A stretch of 53,243 nucleotides of DNA, counting the filler, from Basidioascus undulatus (lineage: Eukaryota), in the NCBI GenBank assembly GCA_000826855.1. It is 3 parts of 3 records of this genome, joined end to end, with 100 filler letters (N's around TTAATTAATTAA, not from the genome) between each part and the next. Parts side by side here need not be neighbours in the genome. Positions count along the whole stretch, not along the records: positions 1 to 17,688 come from JTLS01000511.1; 2 more parts are not named here. One strand, 5' to 3'. The position numbers and the translations under genes were made by a program. The notes below the pieces were generated by a model that saw nothing but the letters and a program-made list of their open reading frames with translations, was not told the DNA's origin and did no database searches. Below, piece after piece: positions 1-12,200 of the stretch; positions within the stretch are counted from its first letter, which is position 1, and every line of letters begins with the position of its first letter.

Positions 1-37
1 GTGAGGAATGAGGGGGGGGGAGGGGGGGAAGACGCAC

Positions 38-209
38 CGGCGTAGGAGGAGCGCGGTATGGAGAGCGTCTGTTCGTTGATTAGGACGACGCTGAGCTTGC
101 GGCCCGTGTAGGACGGGGAGGACAGGCGCCGCTCGAGGTCGGCGAGCAGCTGCGAGGCCAGCGTCGTCTTGCCCGAGCAGGGGAGACCGGTGATCGTCAC
201 CAACGCCAT
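38..209 (-). CDS. KTI12: KTI12-like P-loop protein (Elongator cofactor), first exon; gene runs off the left edge
   Basis: Manual translation from ATG at 209: MALVTITGLPCSGKTTLASQLLADLERRL...SVVLINEQTLSIPRSSYA, with an N-terminal GxPxSGKTT P-loop typical of KTI12/PSTK; followed by a GTGCGT donor at 37. Confidence 0.8.
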
Positions 210-410
210 GTCTGTAAGATATTATTGGCCAAGTTGGATTTGATAGAGGCGATGGACGTCCAAGATCAAGAAGTGCTACGGCTTTTTCCCAGGTCCGAGG
301 TCCGCGTGCCGCGTGCCCGACGCGTCGAGCTGAGGCTCTCGTCTTTGCTCTTTCCCTCTGCTGTCTTCTGCCCGTCTCCGCTTGCTGCCCGCTCAAAAAA
401 CCAATTCACT

Positions 411-1882
411 ATGTCCATAGTCTCCACGCCGTCCAACACTTCCTCCGGGCTGCTCTCGCTGTTCATCACCTCCTCCGACACCCACAGCGAGCGCCGCTTC
501 CCGCGTTCCCTCACCCTCTCCCAGCTCAGGGTCCGTTGCGTCTCCATCTCTCCTCCCCCAAACCCCTACTCTTCTTCACTGACAACCTGAATTGGGGGCG
601 ATGGGGGAACCAGGCCAAGCTCGAGCCCATCACGGGCATCCCCGCCTCCGCGCAGCGACTCACGCTCCTCCCCGACGCGGATGCGCAGGCGGGCGCGCCC
701 CTAGCGGGCGTGGAAGAGCTGACGCTCGAGCAGGCGGGCGTAAGGGAGCTGATGACTATCCGGGTGCGCCGTGATTCATTCTCCTTCATGATTGAGAAGA
801 GAGTCCGAAGCTGAGTGGTTCGGGTGGGCGCGCAGGTCGAGGACTCCACTGGCGCGAGCGGACCGGCCGGCCAGTGGACAGATGTGAGCCAGGTGGAGAA
901 GTATGAGATGGCGGATGAGGAGTACAGCAAGCGGCGGGGTGCGTCCTTCCTTCCATCTTCCGTCCTTCCCATTTCCGTCCTTCCCATTTCCGTCCTTCCT
1001 CTCCCCCGCGCCTCCACCCTAACGCTCCCCGCATCCCACCACCCAGACACCGTCCTCGCCTACAAGCGCGCACACTCCCTCTCCTCCCCCTTCCCTCCGC
1101 CAGCCACCACCCCCGGCCCCGCCACTTCTCTCCCCGCGCGGCCTCCCAATCCTGCGCTCCTGCAGCTGCACGCGCACCTGCACTCCCTGCTTTCCTCACA
1201 CCTCACGTCCCTCACGCACTCGCACGCGCAGACGCTCCAGGCGCAGGCCGCCCTCCGCTCGGACCTCGAGCGCGGCGCGCCGGCGATGGAGGACGAGATG
1301 GCGCGCCTTGAGGCGGTGCGGGACGTGTGCGCGACGGTTGCGAGAAGGGTGGGGGAGAAGGTTGGGGAGGCGGAGGACGCGCTGGGGGATGTCAGGAGGA
1401 GGGGAGAGGTCGGCGTGGATGAGGTTGTGTGTGCGGAGACGGTTGTGGGGAACCAGTGAGTCCTGCTTTGGGTTGCACGCGGCGTGAGTCGAGAACGCTG
1501 CTGATGAAGTTGCGGTGGGAATAGGCTGCTCGATCTTATTGCGGAGGACCGCGCAATCGAAGATACCATCTATCACCTCGGCCGGGCGCTCAACACAGAG
1601 CGCATCGACCTCGACCGGTTCCTGCGCGTGCGTGCACTTCCCTCTCCCTCTCTTTCATCCTCCCCTCTTCCCTTCTCGCCCTCTCCCCTTCTCTCCTTCC
1701 ATCTCACCTCCCGCCCCTGGACCACAACTAACGTCCCCGGTGCACGCGAACAACAGATGACGCGCGCGCTTGCGCGCGAGCAGTTCATGAAGCGCGCGCT
1801 GGCGAAGAAGATCCAGCGCGGGATGGAGGGCGAAGGGCCGGGCGCTGGCTTTGGGGGCGGGGCGGAGGTGGGATGGGCTTGA
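411..1882 (+). CDS. Chimeric ORF: tubulin-folding cofactor B (Alf1/TBCB) Ubl domain joined to the Vps23/TSG101 Pro-rich, coiled-coil and SB region; 6 exons, about 336 aa
   Basis: GT-AG exons 411-530, 614-763, 836-938, 1047-1455, 1525-1627, 1757-1882 sum to 1011 nt in frame. N-part is TBCB-like (HSERRF..LTLSQLRAKLEPITGIP; DVSQVEKYEMADEEYSKRRDTVLAYKRAH). C-part is Vps23-like (VDEVVCAETVVGNQLLDLIAEDRAIEDTIYHLGRAL..ERIDLDRFLRMTRALAREQFMKRAL). Confidence 0.75.
943..1000 (+). repeat. Intronic tandem repeat, about 15-bp unit TTCCGTCCTTCCCAT, 3-4 copies
   Basis: Directly visible: ttccgtccttcccat ttccgtccttcccat ttccgtccttcc, within intron 939-1046. Confidence 0.85.
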
Positions 1883-2927
1883 GCTGGTGGGAAGGTGGGC
1901 GGCTTGTTGTGAGGATTTGTCGGGCATGGATGATGGGAGTGCTTGGGACGTGCACGTATCGTGACGCTGAGTGCGTGAGATCGGTGGCTGCTGCATTGCT
2001 GAAGAAGTTACATCTCGCCGCCGCGGCAGGGTGCCGTCCTTCGTGGGACAAATTTGATGTGCAAATCTCGAGAACACGATTCTAGAACCACAAACTAAAC
2101 CGTGCACACCTCGCTTCGTTTCATCGGCGTTCGGCCGTTTGGGGCCCCCCAGTACACAATCTGGAAGACATTAGCCCTCGCCATCTCAGACATTGATGAT
2201 CTTCGTCGTTGCACGCCTCACCTGTCTTAAATTCACCGCCTGAAATGCACTGTGCCCACATTTTGCCCCTTGGACGTCTGCGGCTTGTTCGTCTTCTTGA
2301 GGGAGTTGGGGCGATGCCCACTCAGTCATCCTACAGAAGACCTTGCGCCTATGTGATATCTGCAGTTGTCTGGTTTTCCTAGTTTTCCTAGTTTACGAGG
2401 GGTTTCTTTGGGGTTCTCCGAAAAGTGTTCAAGCCTTTTGGCAGCCTGGGCGGCAGTAGGCCTTAGCCTCACAGCTTCCGGCTCCCATTTCGCCTCACAG
2501 CGCAACTTCACAGCTCACATCACGAACTTGGAGTTATGGAATTCAATATATAAAATATGAACAGGAAACTGACTGTAAATTCAGTGCATGGTGGGCGTGT
2601 CGCTTTCAGTTTTTAACATAGGACTGCTTCCAAGTATTTGTGAAGACAGCCCAGGCTTGATATAGCCGATTACCTGTGGGAACGCAGCAAAGGCGTATCA
2701 ACGGAGGGTGTAGAGGTGCGTAATCTTCGCGAACAAAATTGAGGGTCACGGTAATGTTGGTCTCACGCGGTGTCACGCCGCATGACTACTGTTCCGTTAT
2801 GTAGCTTGGGATCTGCTTGACCCTCGACGACAACAAACCCCCACACCACTTCTGACACTCATTATTTGTTGCCCATCCGAACCTACAAAAATTTCCACCA
2901 TCTTCCTCCCGTTCTACATCATCGCTC

Positions 2928-3671
2928 ATGTCATTAGCGAGGCCGCGGCGCCGCCGCACCCACTTGCGTACACGCGAGCCTCTGCCACCCTCTCCACGCT
3001 ATGCTTGGTATCGCGCTCAGCCTACTTCATCGCTTCCAAGAGCCTTCTACGAATCAGTAGTACTGCGCAGAGAAGGAGGCTCACTCTCCCGTACCCCGTC
3101 GCGCGGAAACGCTGTGCACTCACTTGCGATGTGCGACTGCAGCACGCCGGCTCCATGGGCCCGCCCCGACGAAGCTGTCGCTGTGAGCTCGGCCCTCTAG
3201 TCATCGTCCGTAGCGTTAATAGGATCTCCGTCGCCTTGCTATCAATTACGATATGGCGTCCTGCCTAAGCATTGACGTGATCGAAGAGGGCATGGTACCG
3301 CTTATCTCTGCTTCTCGAAGAGCTTGTCTGGATGGACGAGACCGGCCACATTCCCAAACTCTTGCACCCTCAAAAGCTCCGCCGCTTGGCTTCCTACATG
3401 TCGTTGGCCCCAAGGACCGACTCAGACTTCGTGGCTGTCACAGACAATCTCGCCGGCCTCGAGGCATTCGTCTGTACTGGGCTCGAGACAGGCATCTCGA
3501 CCTTTCTTTGCTCGCCGCCGTCAAATGAGCATCGCTTCACCCAGTTTAGGGCCGTCTCAAAAGCCTGCGCTGCTTTCTCCTCGACATGGATCCCACGTTG
3601 AGATTTGGTCTTGCTCGATTGCTTCACGCTCGGAAGTGGTGGCGCGAGCGCGGGAAGGGTGGACTGAATGA
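2928..3671 (+). pseudogene. Degenerate F-box-like/LRR-like gene
   Basis: ATLSTLCLVSRSAYFIASKSL then a frameshift into YESVVL, matching the LCLVS..A..LY..V.L pattern that follows fungal F-box motifs; downstream protein-like text is split over frames. Confidence 0.45.
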
Positions 3672-4660
3672 CGTCGTAATTTGTGCGGCGGGGATTACGA
3701 TGACGAGGATGGATTGGCCGGGTTGCTTATGACGCTTGCCGTGACGGGACTTTGTAAGAAGCGAAGGGATTCTCCTTGTTGTAATTGCGTTGTAACGGCG
3801 GGACAGCAGGCATAATCATTTAAGGGCAAAGAGAGACTGCAGTAGGAGATATCATTTGTCGTTTTGACCTGTGCTCAACACCAAAAGGGTCCAGGGGGTT
3901 GACTGGTACATTGAACAGGTGGATGAAAGCGGGCCGACAGGCGACAGGGGGGTTAGAGAGAGGGAAAGAGCGAGATGCATGGGACAAGCTGGGTGGACAA
4001 CGGGGTTGAAGCGTCATGTTAGTTAGACGAGTGAAAATCACTCTGGCTCTGATCCTGATCATTTATACGCACAAAGCCTGTCCGCAGTGAGCCTACATGC
4101 AGCGGCACAACTGCGAGTGCGCCTCCATGTCTCTGTCGAGCCTCTACAAGGGATCTCTGTTGGAATACAAGGAAGCCGAACCAAGTCGAGCAACTTGTTT
4201 AAAATGCCGTGTCTCGCTCATAACCATTGGCTGAGGGGGAAGGAGCTGAGAATGCAGGAGCGGTGCTTCGAGGAAGTGCACGTGCGGACATCGCAATTGC
4301 AGCGATGCACAAGAAATACCAAGAGTGTTAAGCGTAACTCTTGATGGATGAACTATATCGGGGATTGACGGCAACTAGCTTGCTCTTCACTTGCACCGCT
4401 CGCCTTCACAGATGCTCATGCCACTCAACGGCGGTCCCGATGCTTGCGTCAGCCCTTACTCAGAACCGCACGCTCGAGTATGCGTCATGTGTTCGTCATG
4501 ATTGGCATAAGGTGGTAGATGATGTACAGTCGGAGAGCGTGGCACGAGAGTGTCGTACTCGAAACGGGGGTGGGGAATGCGTGCGGGTGGGAGTCGGTCA
4601 AGAGCAAGGTATGCGATGCGATGAGGTGCGATTATGGTTTCCGGGGAAGGAGTCATTATG

Positions 4661-5559
4661 CTATGCTATAATGGTCGGAGAGGACGAATGCGATGCAGCA
4701 GCGTGTAGCGACCTTACGAGTCTACCTGGACATTCTGCCCTGTCATGCCCAGTGGCTGTGGTGCGGAGTACCTCCCTATTTAGCTCACCCCAGCCAAGTC
4801 CTACTTCGACAAGTGAGCAACTCACCCATAATGCCCCTTCAGCCCCATTCTGCACTTCTCGCAGTCCGCCCGCGGGCCCATCGTGTACTTGAGCCCGCCC
4901 ATCCGCCGCGCAGGCGAGCTCGGCGCAGGCGTGGGCGGGTGCAGGCTGATGCTCGGCGGGCCGAAGGGAAAGTCCGACGCGCCGCCGTGCAGGCCCGCCA
5001 TGGGCGAGGGGAAAGGCGTGCGGTAGTGATGCGTGTGCGAGACGGGGTAGAAGTGTCCGTGGGTGGGCGAGGGGAGAGGGGTCGGTTGCGGTTGCGGGGG
5101 GGAGGGAAGTGTGAGCGGGGAGTTCAAGGGCGAGTGATGGGAGGAAGGGGAAGGGAAGGGGGATATACTTCAAGGGCAATGTTACCAGCTTCGCACGGAG
5201 TCGAGTCGGAACGTGCAAAGAGGATTGCCATCTCGAAGTTCGATCGCGTCGCACGCTGCTCAACACTGCTAACATTCACTTTTGGGCCCGGTTCCGCTCG
5301 AACCGCTCGTTCTCGTCTCGCTGAGGCCCAGAGGCTCTTCGTCCTCGCACTCCGCGTCGAGCGCATGCAGACTTGGACTCATCATGCTCCGTAACATTGA
5401 CATCGCGCTTCGCTGCTCGACTCTTGCACTCATAGCCGTATCCTTCGCTCGAGCGTATTCGAGCACCCCATCCCTCGCTTTCGGACACTCGACCTTGTGC
5501 GCCTTCATCCGTGGCCTGATCGTGGCGTACTCGCCTGAGATGCTCGTTAAAGCTGACAT
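4661..5559 (-). CDS. Hypothetical Pro-rich protein with a C-terminal KYTMGPRADCEKCRMGLKGHYG motif; start and exon structure uncertain
   Basis: ORF 4822-5127 ends in a CxxC..H motif I recognise from basidiomycete hypothetical proteins, followed by a GTGAGT..TAG intron; upstream ORF 5269-5925 probably supplies N-terminal exons. Confidence 0.5.
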
Positions 5560-6238
5560 GACTTTGAAAGCGTCGACATTGGGCGTCGTTGTTCGATCAT
5601 CCTTTGGCCTCCGTGTTAGACCCCGATTGACCTGATGATACCAAAAATCCAAGCCTACGCGAATGATTACGACCTCGTTGCATCTGCTCGTTACAGCGCC
5701 ATTCGCAGCTGAGTACCATAGGTGCAGCCGAGTACTGCAGGCCTTTCGGGATCGACATGTCGCAGATGTTACGTTGGTGCTTATTCGCCTCCCTTCACGA
5801 TTAATGATGCACGCAGTATGGTCTTGGGAAACGGTCCTCGTCCAGTCCGGTCCACAGGCGAGCTGGTGGTCCTTCGTCTGAACCAAGACCGGACTTATAC
5901 TGAACGGAGGTTCGAAAAGGTCCAAGCATGGAGATGAACCATTCCGAATATTGGTAAACAGAAAACTTCGAGTTGTTTGACATGCGAAAAGTGGATTTTC
6001 GAATCCTCAATGCAGAATGCATTCCACGCTACCGAAGCGAGGCTTGCAGCGCAGCTGCTCCCAAAGAGGTTACACATCGAGGCGCTTGCTTGCATGCAGA
6101 ACGACAGGCACGCTGACCATTCACAGTGCAAGCGAATCTATGAGATACGACATCTATTATGGGTAAGACGATGACATGGGGACCAGAAGTGAGGAAGCGC
6201 GTGCATAAGTGGGAAGCGCTGAGTGTGGCTGCAGCCGC

Positions 6239-9200
6239 TCAGCGCGAAGAGAACTTGAGGAAGCGCGCCGCGACGATAGTCAGAAGGCAGTTAAAGACTA
6301 CGTAGCAAATGAAGATCCTGCGATGAGTGGAGAGTTACCCTTCATCAGCGAACATGGCAGGGGGGAGGCGACGGCAACGACGCAACACTCACCCCAGATC
6401 CCTCCAACGATCGTCGAAGCTAAAGCCGAGCGGGACATAGAAGTCGTCACCTGGAGTGGGATAGGATATCAGTTTCTCTGTCCACGTAAAGCACACGCGT
6501 GAGGCGCGCACCCATGGTGTACTTGCAGTAGCCGCAGTCAGACGTGGCGGACGGGTCGCGCAGGTATCCTACAGAAACAAACACCTAACTCAGTTAGATG
6601 CCAGGAAAACTATGTGCAAATCGCGTCGAACACGCACCGCCCATCGCGTCTACGAACGCCCCTGACCACGACTGACATGTGGACCCGTTAGGCGGTTGGA
6701 AGACGGCCCACTCGGACTCGGCGCAGCGGACGACCAGACCGTGCAGTTCCGTGACCGTCATGCCAGAGATCAACCTCGTGAACGGATTAAGGGGTAGACT
6801 CCAGCTGCGCCAGAAGCTAGAAGTGGAGGAACGTTAGCGGGGTGCGTAGAGGAAGCGAGGGCGGCGGGGTGCGTAGAGTAGGTGCAGAAATTGCTGCAGA
6901 CGCACTGAGGCATGTTAGGCGGCGGAATGGCAACTCCGCAGAAGGTACCGGAATAGATCATGATCAGAGGGTTGAACCTGAAGGAAGGTATGTTGGTTGC
7001 CGAGAGCTGGATGAAGGGAAGCTCCGAACTCACAGCGCGGCGACGAGCACGGACGGACTGAACGCCGCAACGGCCTGCGCGAGCGTAACGCTGTAGAACT
7101 CGGTTATCAAGAGAAGGAAGAACTGGTACGCGTTGTAGCAGTCAGTAAATGATCTGAATGTTTGCTGGAAGTGCGTCACAGTCGCACGCACCGTGTAGCC
7201 AGCACGCGACGTCTCGGTCGAGAATCCCGCCGGGCTGCGGGTAATGCGCAATCAGCCACGACTGCGGTAACAAAAAAATGGTGCAAAATTACTAATAGAT
7301 GAGGAGGAAGAACACCACGCCGCACTGCCACGGCCGTTGTCAGTCGCGCAGGAGGTGGCCTAAGAAAGGGGGTGGGCTCACAATCAGGCTGTTCGGCGTC
7401 TCGCTGATAATTTGGGAGAGTGCGAAGACAACAGACGAATACATCTGCGCGTTTTCACAGGATGGGCCTTGCATTATTGGTGTGGGAAAAGACGCGGACA
7501 AACCTTAGACGAGTCTTCTCCTGTAGTTGCACGAAGGTTGTGAACATTTCGCATGTAAAGCGGGCAACGATGAAGACGTACGCTGAAAGGTCATCCGGGC
7601 TGCGATATACGCCGGCTGCGAACGAGGAAAATATCAGGAGTGAGTGAGGCAGCGTGGGCGTCAACAGCCGTTGGCGACTTGCCTCCGTCTGGGCCAGAAT
7701 GAGCGCAGGTAAGATCGTGCAGACAAAGATCACGAAAACACGGTATTGAACGTCTTGCACAGCTGCAGTGCAATTCTCGTTTCAGCCGGAAAGGTCGGAA
7801 AGGTCCGTGAAATAGTACCAATACGTACCGTTCCCGAGCATGAGGAATGTAAGGCCTGTGAGCACGGGAACCGAGCAATGACTGAAGAGACGCGTAAAGA
7901 GGTAGTCCGGCATGCTGTAATCCGAAGCCCATCAGTATGGGAAAGATAAGATATGGCGGTTGACGTACCGCCAGAACGAAATCAACGTTCGGTGGGTGAC
8001 GACGGAAAGCTGGTACAGGAACGGCTGGGCGTCTGAATGTTACAGCGCCCCGTCAGTTTCCTTCCCTTCCACTGCAAGTTGCAGCTACTGCGGCTTACAT
8101 TCGCCAGCGTCGTCCTCGCTCTCGCCGTAGTCCGTCGCGAGCGCCTCCTCGTTCAGCCGAATGATCTCGCGCTTGTTCTCCTCGAACTCGGGCGACTCCC
8201 GGTAGATGTCGGCCCAATCCTTGTCACCGACTGTGGTTCCACCATTTGTGCATTAGGAGAATGTCTGAGGCGTGGCCGCAGCACTTAAACAAACATACCC
8301 TGCTTCTGGCTGCCGGCGCCGATGGCGTCGAGCTGCAGAGACCGATAAGTCGAGAGTGGGCGATAAAGGCGTGTGACAGCATCTTACCATGAACTCGGCA
8401 GGGTTCGCGTTCCCCGGGCAGACGGCGCCGTATCTCGCGAAGTAGCTGTGTAACCATTTTCACTGTCAGTCTTCAAGCCACTTGAGATTCAATTATTACA
8501 TGCCTAGTCAAGTGATGAGAGTCCTTGCCGATGTCTCCGAAGTACACAATGTTTCCACCTGCGCAGTCCGAGGCAGTTAGCATACATTCCGTAAAGTACT
8601 CGACGAGACATACCGCGCTGCAAAAGGAGAAGGCGGTCGAAGTTCTCGAACAAGAGGGCGCTGCAACGAAATAATAAGCGCTGACGGTAAACAATTGCAG
8701 GCGTGGCAACACTTACTTTGGCTGGTGAATTGTGCAAAGAATAGCCTGCCCAGCAGCTGCGAGCTTGCGGAGGAAGCGGACGATGCTGCAAGTCATTGTG
8801 CGTGAGCCGCTGTACAGAATGCAGGCCATCGAGTGCACATACTTGTAGGCAGACTGTCCATCGAGACCGGAAGTGGGCTGGAATAATAGCAAGTCAGTCA
8901 AGCTCATCAACAGGGTCTGGGCGCAGGCACCTCGTCGAGGAAGAGCAGCAGCTGGGGCTTAGCAGCAAGCTCGACGGCGATAGTGAGACGCTTGCGAGCC
9001 TCGACACCGAGACTGATAGTGCGAGCGAGCGGCCGTTAAGGAGACCAGGGACCAGGCAGCGGATAACCCAAGTGCGATACAGCACGTACCCTGCACCGGG
9101 CATGCCAACCTGTGCATCGGCCAGGTCTTCCATTTCGAGCAGCTGGATGATTTCCCTGTTGATGCAAGAAGTAGATTGAGACCATGTCAGCCCTCAGCAA

Positions 9201-12200
9201 GCAATCCAACAATGACGACGTAGCCCAGCTGCGACGTACTCGACGTAGTCGTCCTTCTCGGCCTTCGAAATCTCGCGGGGTTGCTAAATCCTGATTGAAA
9301 TCAGTACGCATGACCTAAAAAATGTCAATAATGCCACAAAATATCACCCGAAGATACGCGGAGAAACGGAGCGCTTCGCGCACAGTGGACGTCCACTCAT
9401 GGCGGTCTTGCTGTTCACAATAGCTGTAGCGACTGGCTCAGAAGAAGCTACGTTGAGGTTGAGTTCCCGAACAACACTCACGCAGTACCACGCTGGAACG
9501 CCTTGTCGATTGGCCGACCCGCGACTCTCAGCTCTCCGGTAACAACGCCGATGCTCTTACGGTTCGCCAGAACGTCCTATATTATCTCGCACGAGTGAGT
9601 CAGCTGCTACGGAGAAAACGAGAATGGGTTTGAAATACCCACAAGCAATGTCGTTTTGCCAGCGCCGGACGAGCCTGTCAGACGAAGTACTCATGAGCAA
9701 AAACGGTCGTTTGATGTAGAGGTTCGTGTTCGGTCGTACCCATGAGAGCGGTCAGCGTTCCAGGTTTGACGTAACCGTAGACGCCTTTGGAAGAACAAAT
9801 ATTAATCAGCTTCGGAAGTTCGGGGAGAGGCGAGCACGATACCATTCAGCAGTTGCCGCGTGCCACCTGGAACTGGAACCGTGTAGTTCTGTTACAGGAA
9901 GCGATCGCATGCCAGTCAGTAATTGGACCTGTAGTTAAATGGGCAACGACTTACGAGGTCGGACCAAGTAAACGGCTTCTTGGTCTTGATGAGGTCTTCA
10001 AGATCCTGCTTGGCCTCTCCCTTGCGGAAGGCGATCTTCCGCACCTGCAGTCGGGCGTTACGAACCTTGGTGTCGGCGTTCTCGTCGGCAAATACGGTGA
10101 TGGCAGCTGCGTGAGCCCCATGCTTGACACGCTCGATGAGGAAGCACTCTGGAATATGTGGGTCAGAACGTTTGTTAAATGGCGACGCAGGAAGGTACGC
10201 ACGCAGGGCCTGGAAGGCAATGTAGAATAGCTGAAGAAAACAGTACAGTCAGCGCCGTGTCCCACCTCGATGGGATAAGCATTGCTCATACACAAAGGAT
10301 TCCGAAGTTGCGCCACAGCTCGTCAGGCCGGTAACCGAACGCTACGGACATCCGCCAGGCGACTTTTAGCCGTGATCGCGCTGAGTTCTGAGTTAAAGCA
10401 CTTACCCGCACGAATGTAGTCGACGCCGGGGACGATGGGATTGCCAGGGCTGGAGCCCTGAAGGGTACAGACCTGGTTGGGCCCAAGTGTTGCGGGGTAG
10501 TCGAGACCCGCAATAGGGGAGGGCGTTATGAACGTGCCGTCGCAGAGGAGATTGACGCGTGAGAACCTGTTTATGCAGCAGAGAATTGAGTCAACTACTG
10601 CTCGCAAAGCAGTATAAGCAATGGCTCACTCATTCTCCATGAGAGCTGAGAACCCGTAGTTGATCGGGTTCAGCCAGTAAATCCTGTTCGCAGTGGCTAG
10701 AGTCAGTCAAATTTACTTCAGTGGGTAGCCACCTCGGGACTCACCAACCCAGCCAGTCTTGCATGGCGAAGTGCGGGATGAGATAGCCGCCGTAACTGAG
10801 GGGAGAACGTCGTTAGTACTGCATTGAGATGATGTCAGCACTGTTCAGGGAAAACACGAACAGCAGCATGAGCATGACCAGGACGCTAGCAAGACGGGAT
10901 GCGACGTCGTAATTTTGGCAAACCACCCCAACTTGCGAAAGCATACAACGTAAGTCTCCGAGCAGTCGGAAATCATCCTGTTTACTTACTGGAGCGGAAG
11001 AATGCGGACATGGCGAGGAAAGTCTGCAGGTTACGACAGAATCATCAGCTGCCGTCTCCATCAGCGCTGTGGAAGGGAAATAACGTACCGTGTAAATGAT
11101 CAGGAAGAATGTGAAGAATGCTCCAGCGCTGAGGGCCAGGCCAGCGAGGAAATAGATGATTATGGAGAACAGCATAATCCTGTCCGACATCAAGCAACAA
11201 GATGAGCTGCAGAACAATGGATGGCAGTCGTGAAAGAGTGCACGCACTGGGACGCCGTGAAGGGTATATCCGCAGCCACTGTGGAAAAAAATCAGCTCAA
11301 GTGGGTCACCAGTATGTTCTGGTCGAACGTACTGCCCTGTAGGCACACAGCTGTGATCGGCAAATCAGTGCACAGGACGATGCGAGAGAATGACGAACCG
11401 CCAATGCCAACGCTGCAGGCCTGTAAAACTTGAATTGCGTCTGCTTGTAGAGGATCGGACGACCTTGCATTTGCTGTGCGGAGAGAAGGGGCAATTGGTG
11501 CAGGAGTGAGCATCGTACTTCTACGCAGTGCAAGAACGGCGACGTGAAAGATGGAGACCAGGAGCCTACGCTTGGAAGTTCTGAGAAAGCGTTGAGGCTA
11601 TTAAAGAGTAGCGCAATGAATAGACATCCACCGCGAGTGAAAGCTCCGGATGCGGTTTCGGGCTGCTTGAAGTAGACCGTCCCGATGATGATGGCTGGGC
11701 AAGCTTGTCAGACGGGACAGGCGGATTGCGTGGAGCTCTGAATGGCACGCACCGACGGCGATCGCGGTCCCGAAGGAAGTAGTCAGACCAAAGTGGTCCT
11801 GGCGTTTGAGGATAAGCTGGCGCTTGGTGAGAGCAAGGACTTGGCTGTTCAAGAATCGTTAGCGCCCAACGCAGTCGCGCGACGATAAGGCGAATGCGAA
11901 CGTGAGGAAGCTGCTTGTGTATGGAGACTTCTTTGGAACACCCTGCGAATATCAAACGCTCAGCCGTATGTAGAGGAATATGACGATAAGCCGGTGCGGG
12001 ATTCTGCGAACCTTGCGCTTGCTCTCGAGAACGGCGGTGCGGAACCTGGTGAAGGGGATCAACTAAGTTCTCGACACCAAGAAGCAATACAGCACGTACT
12101 CCTCCTGGTGCCGCAGATCCTCTTTGACAAGCTTCGTATACTGTTCCCGCTCGTCCGCCATGACCTGGTAGAACTTGGACGCGCGGAACGCCTGCTCCAG

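Noticed and set aside
9284..9347. Possible nested intron (stwintron) in the PDR gene, with an internal TTTTAG|GTCATG
   Set aside because: The sub-introns would be only about 31-33 nt and removing one does not rebuild a canonical donor; a single 64-nt intron restores the frame.
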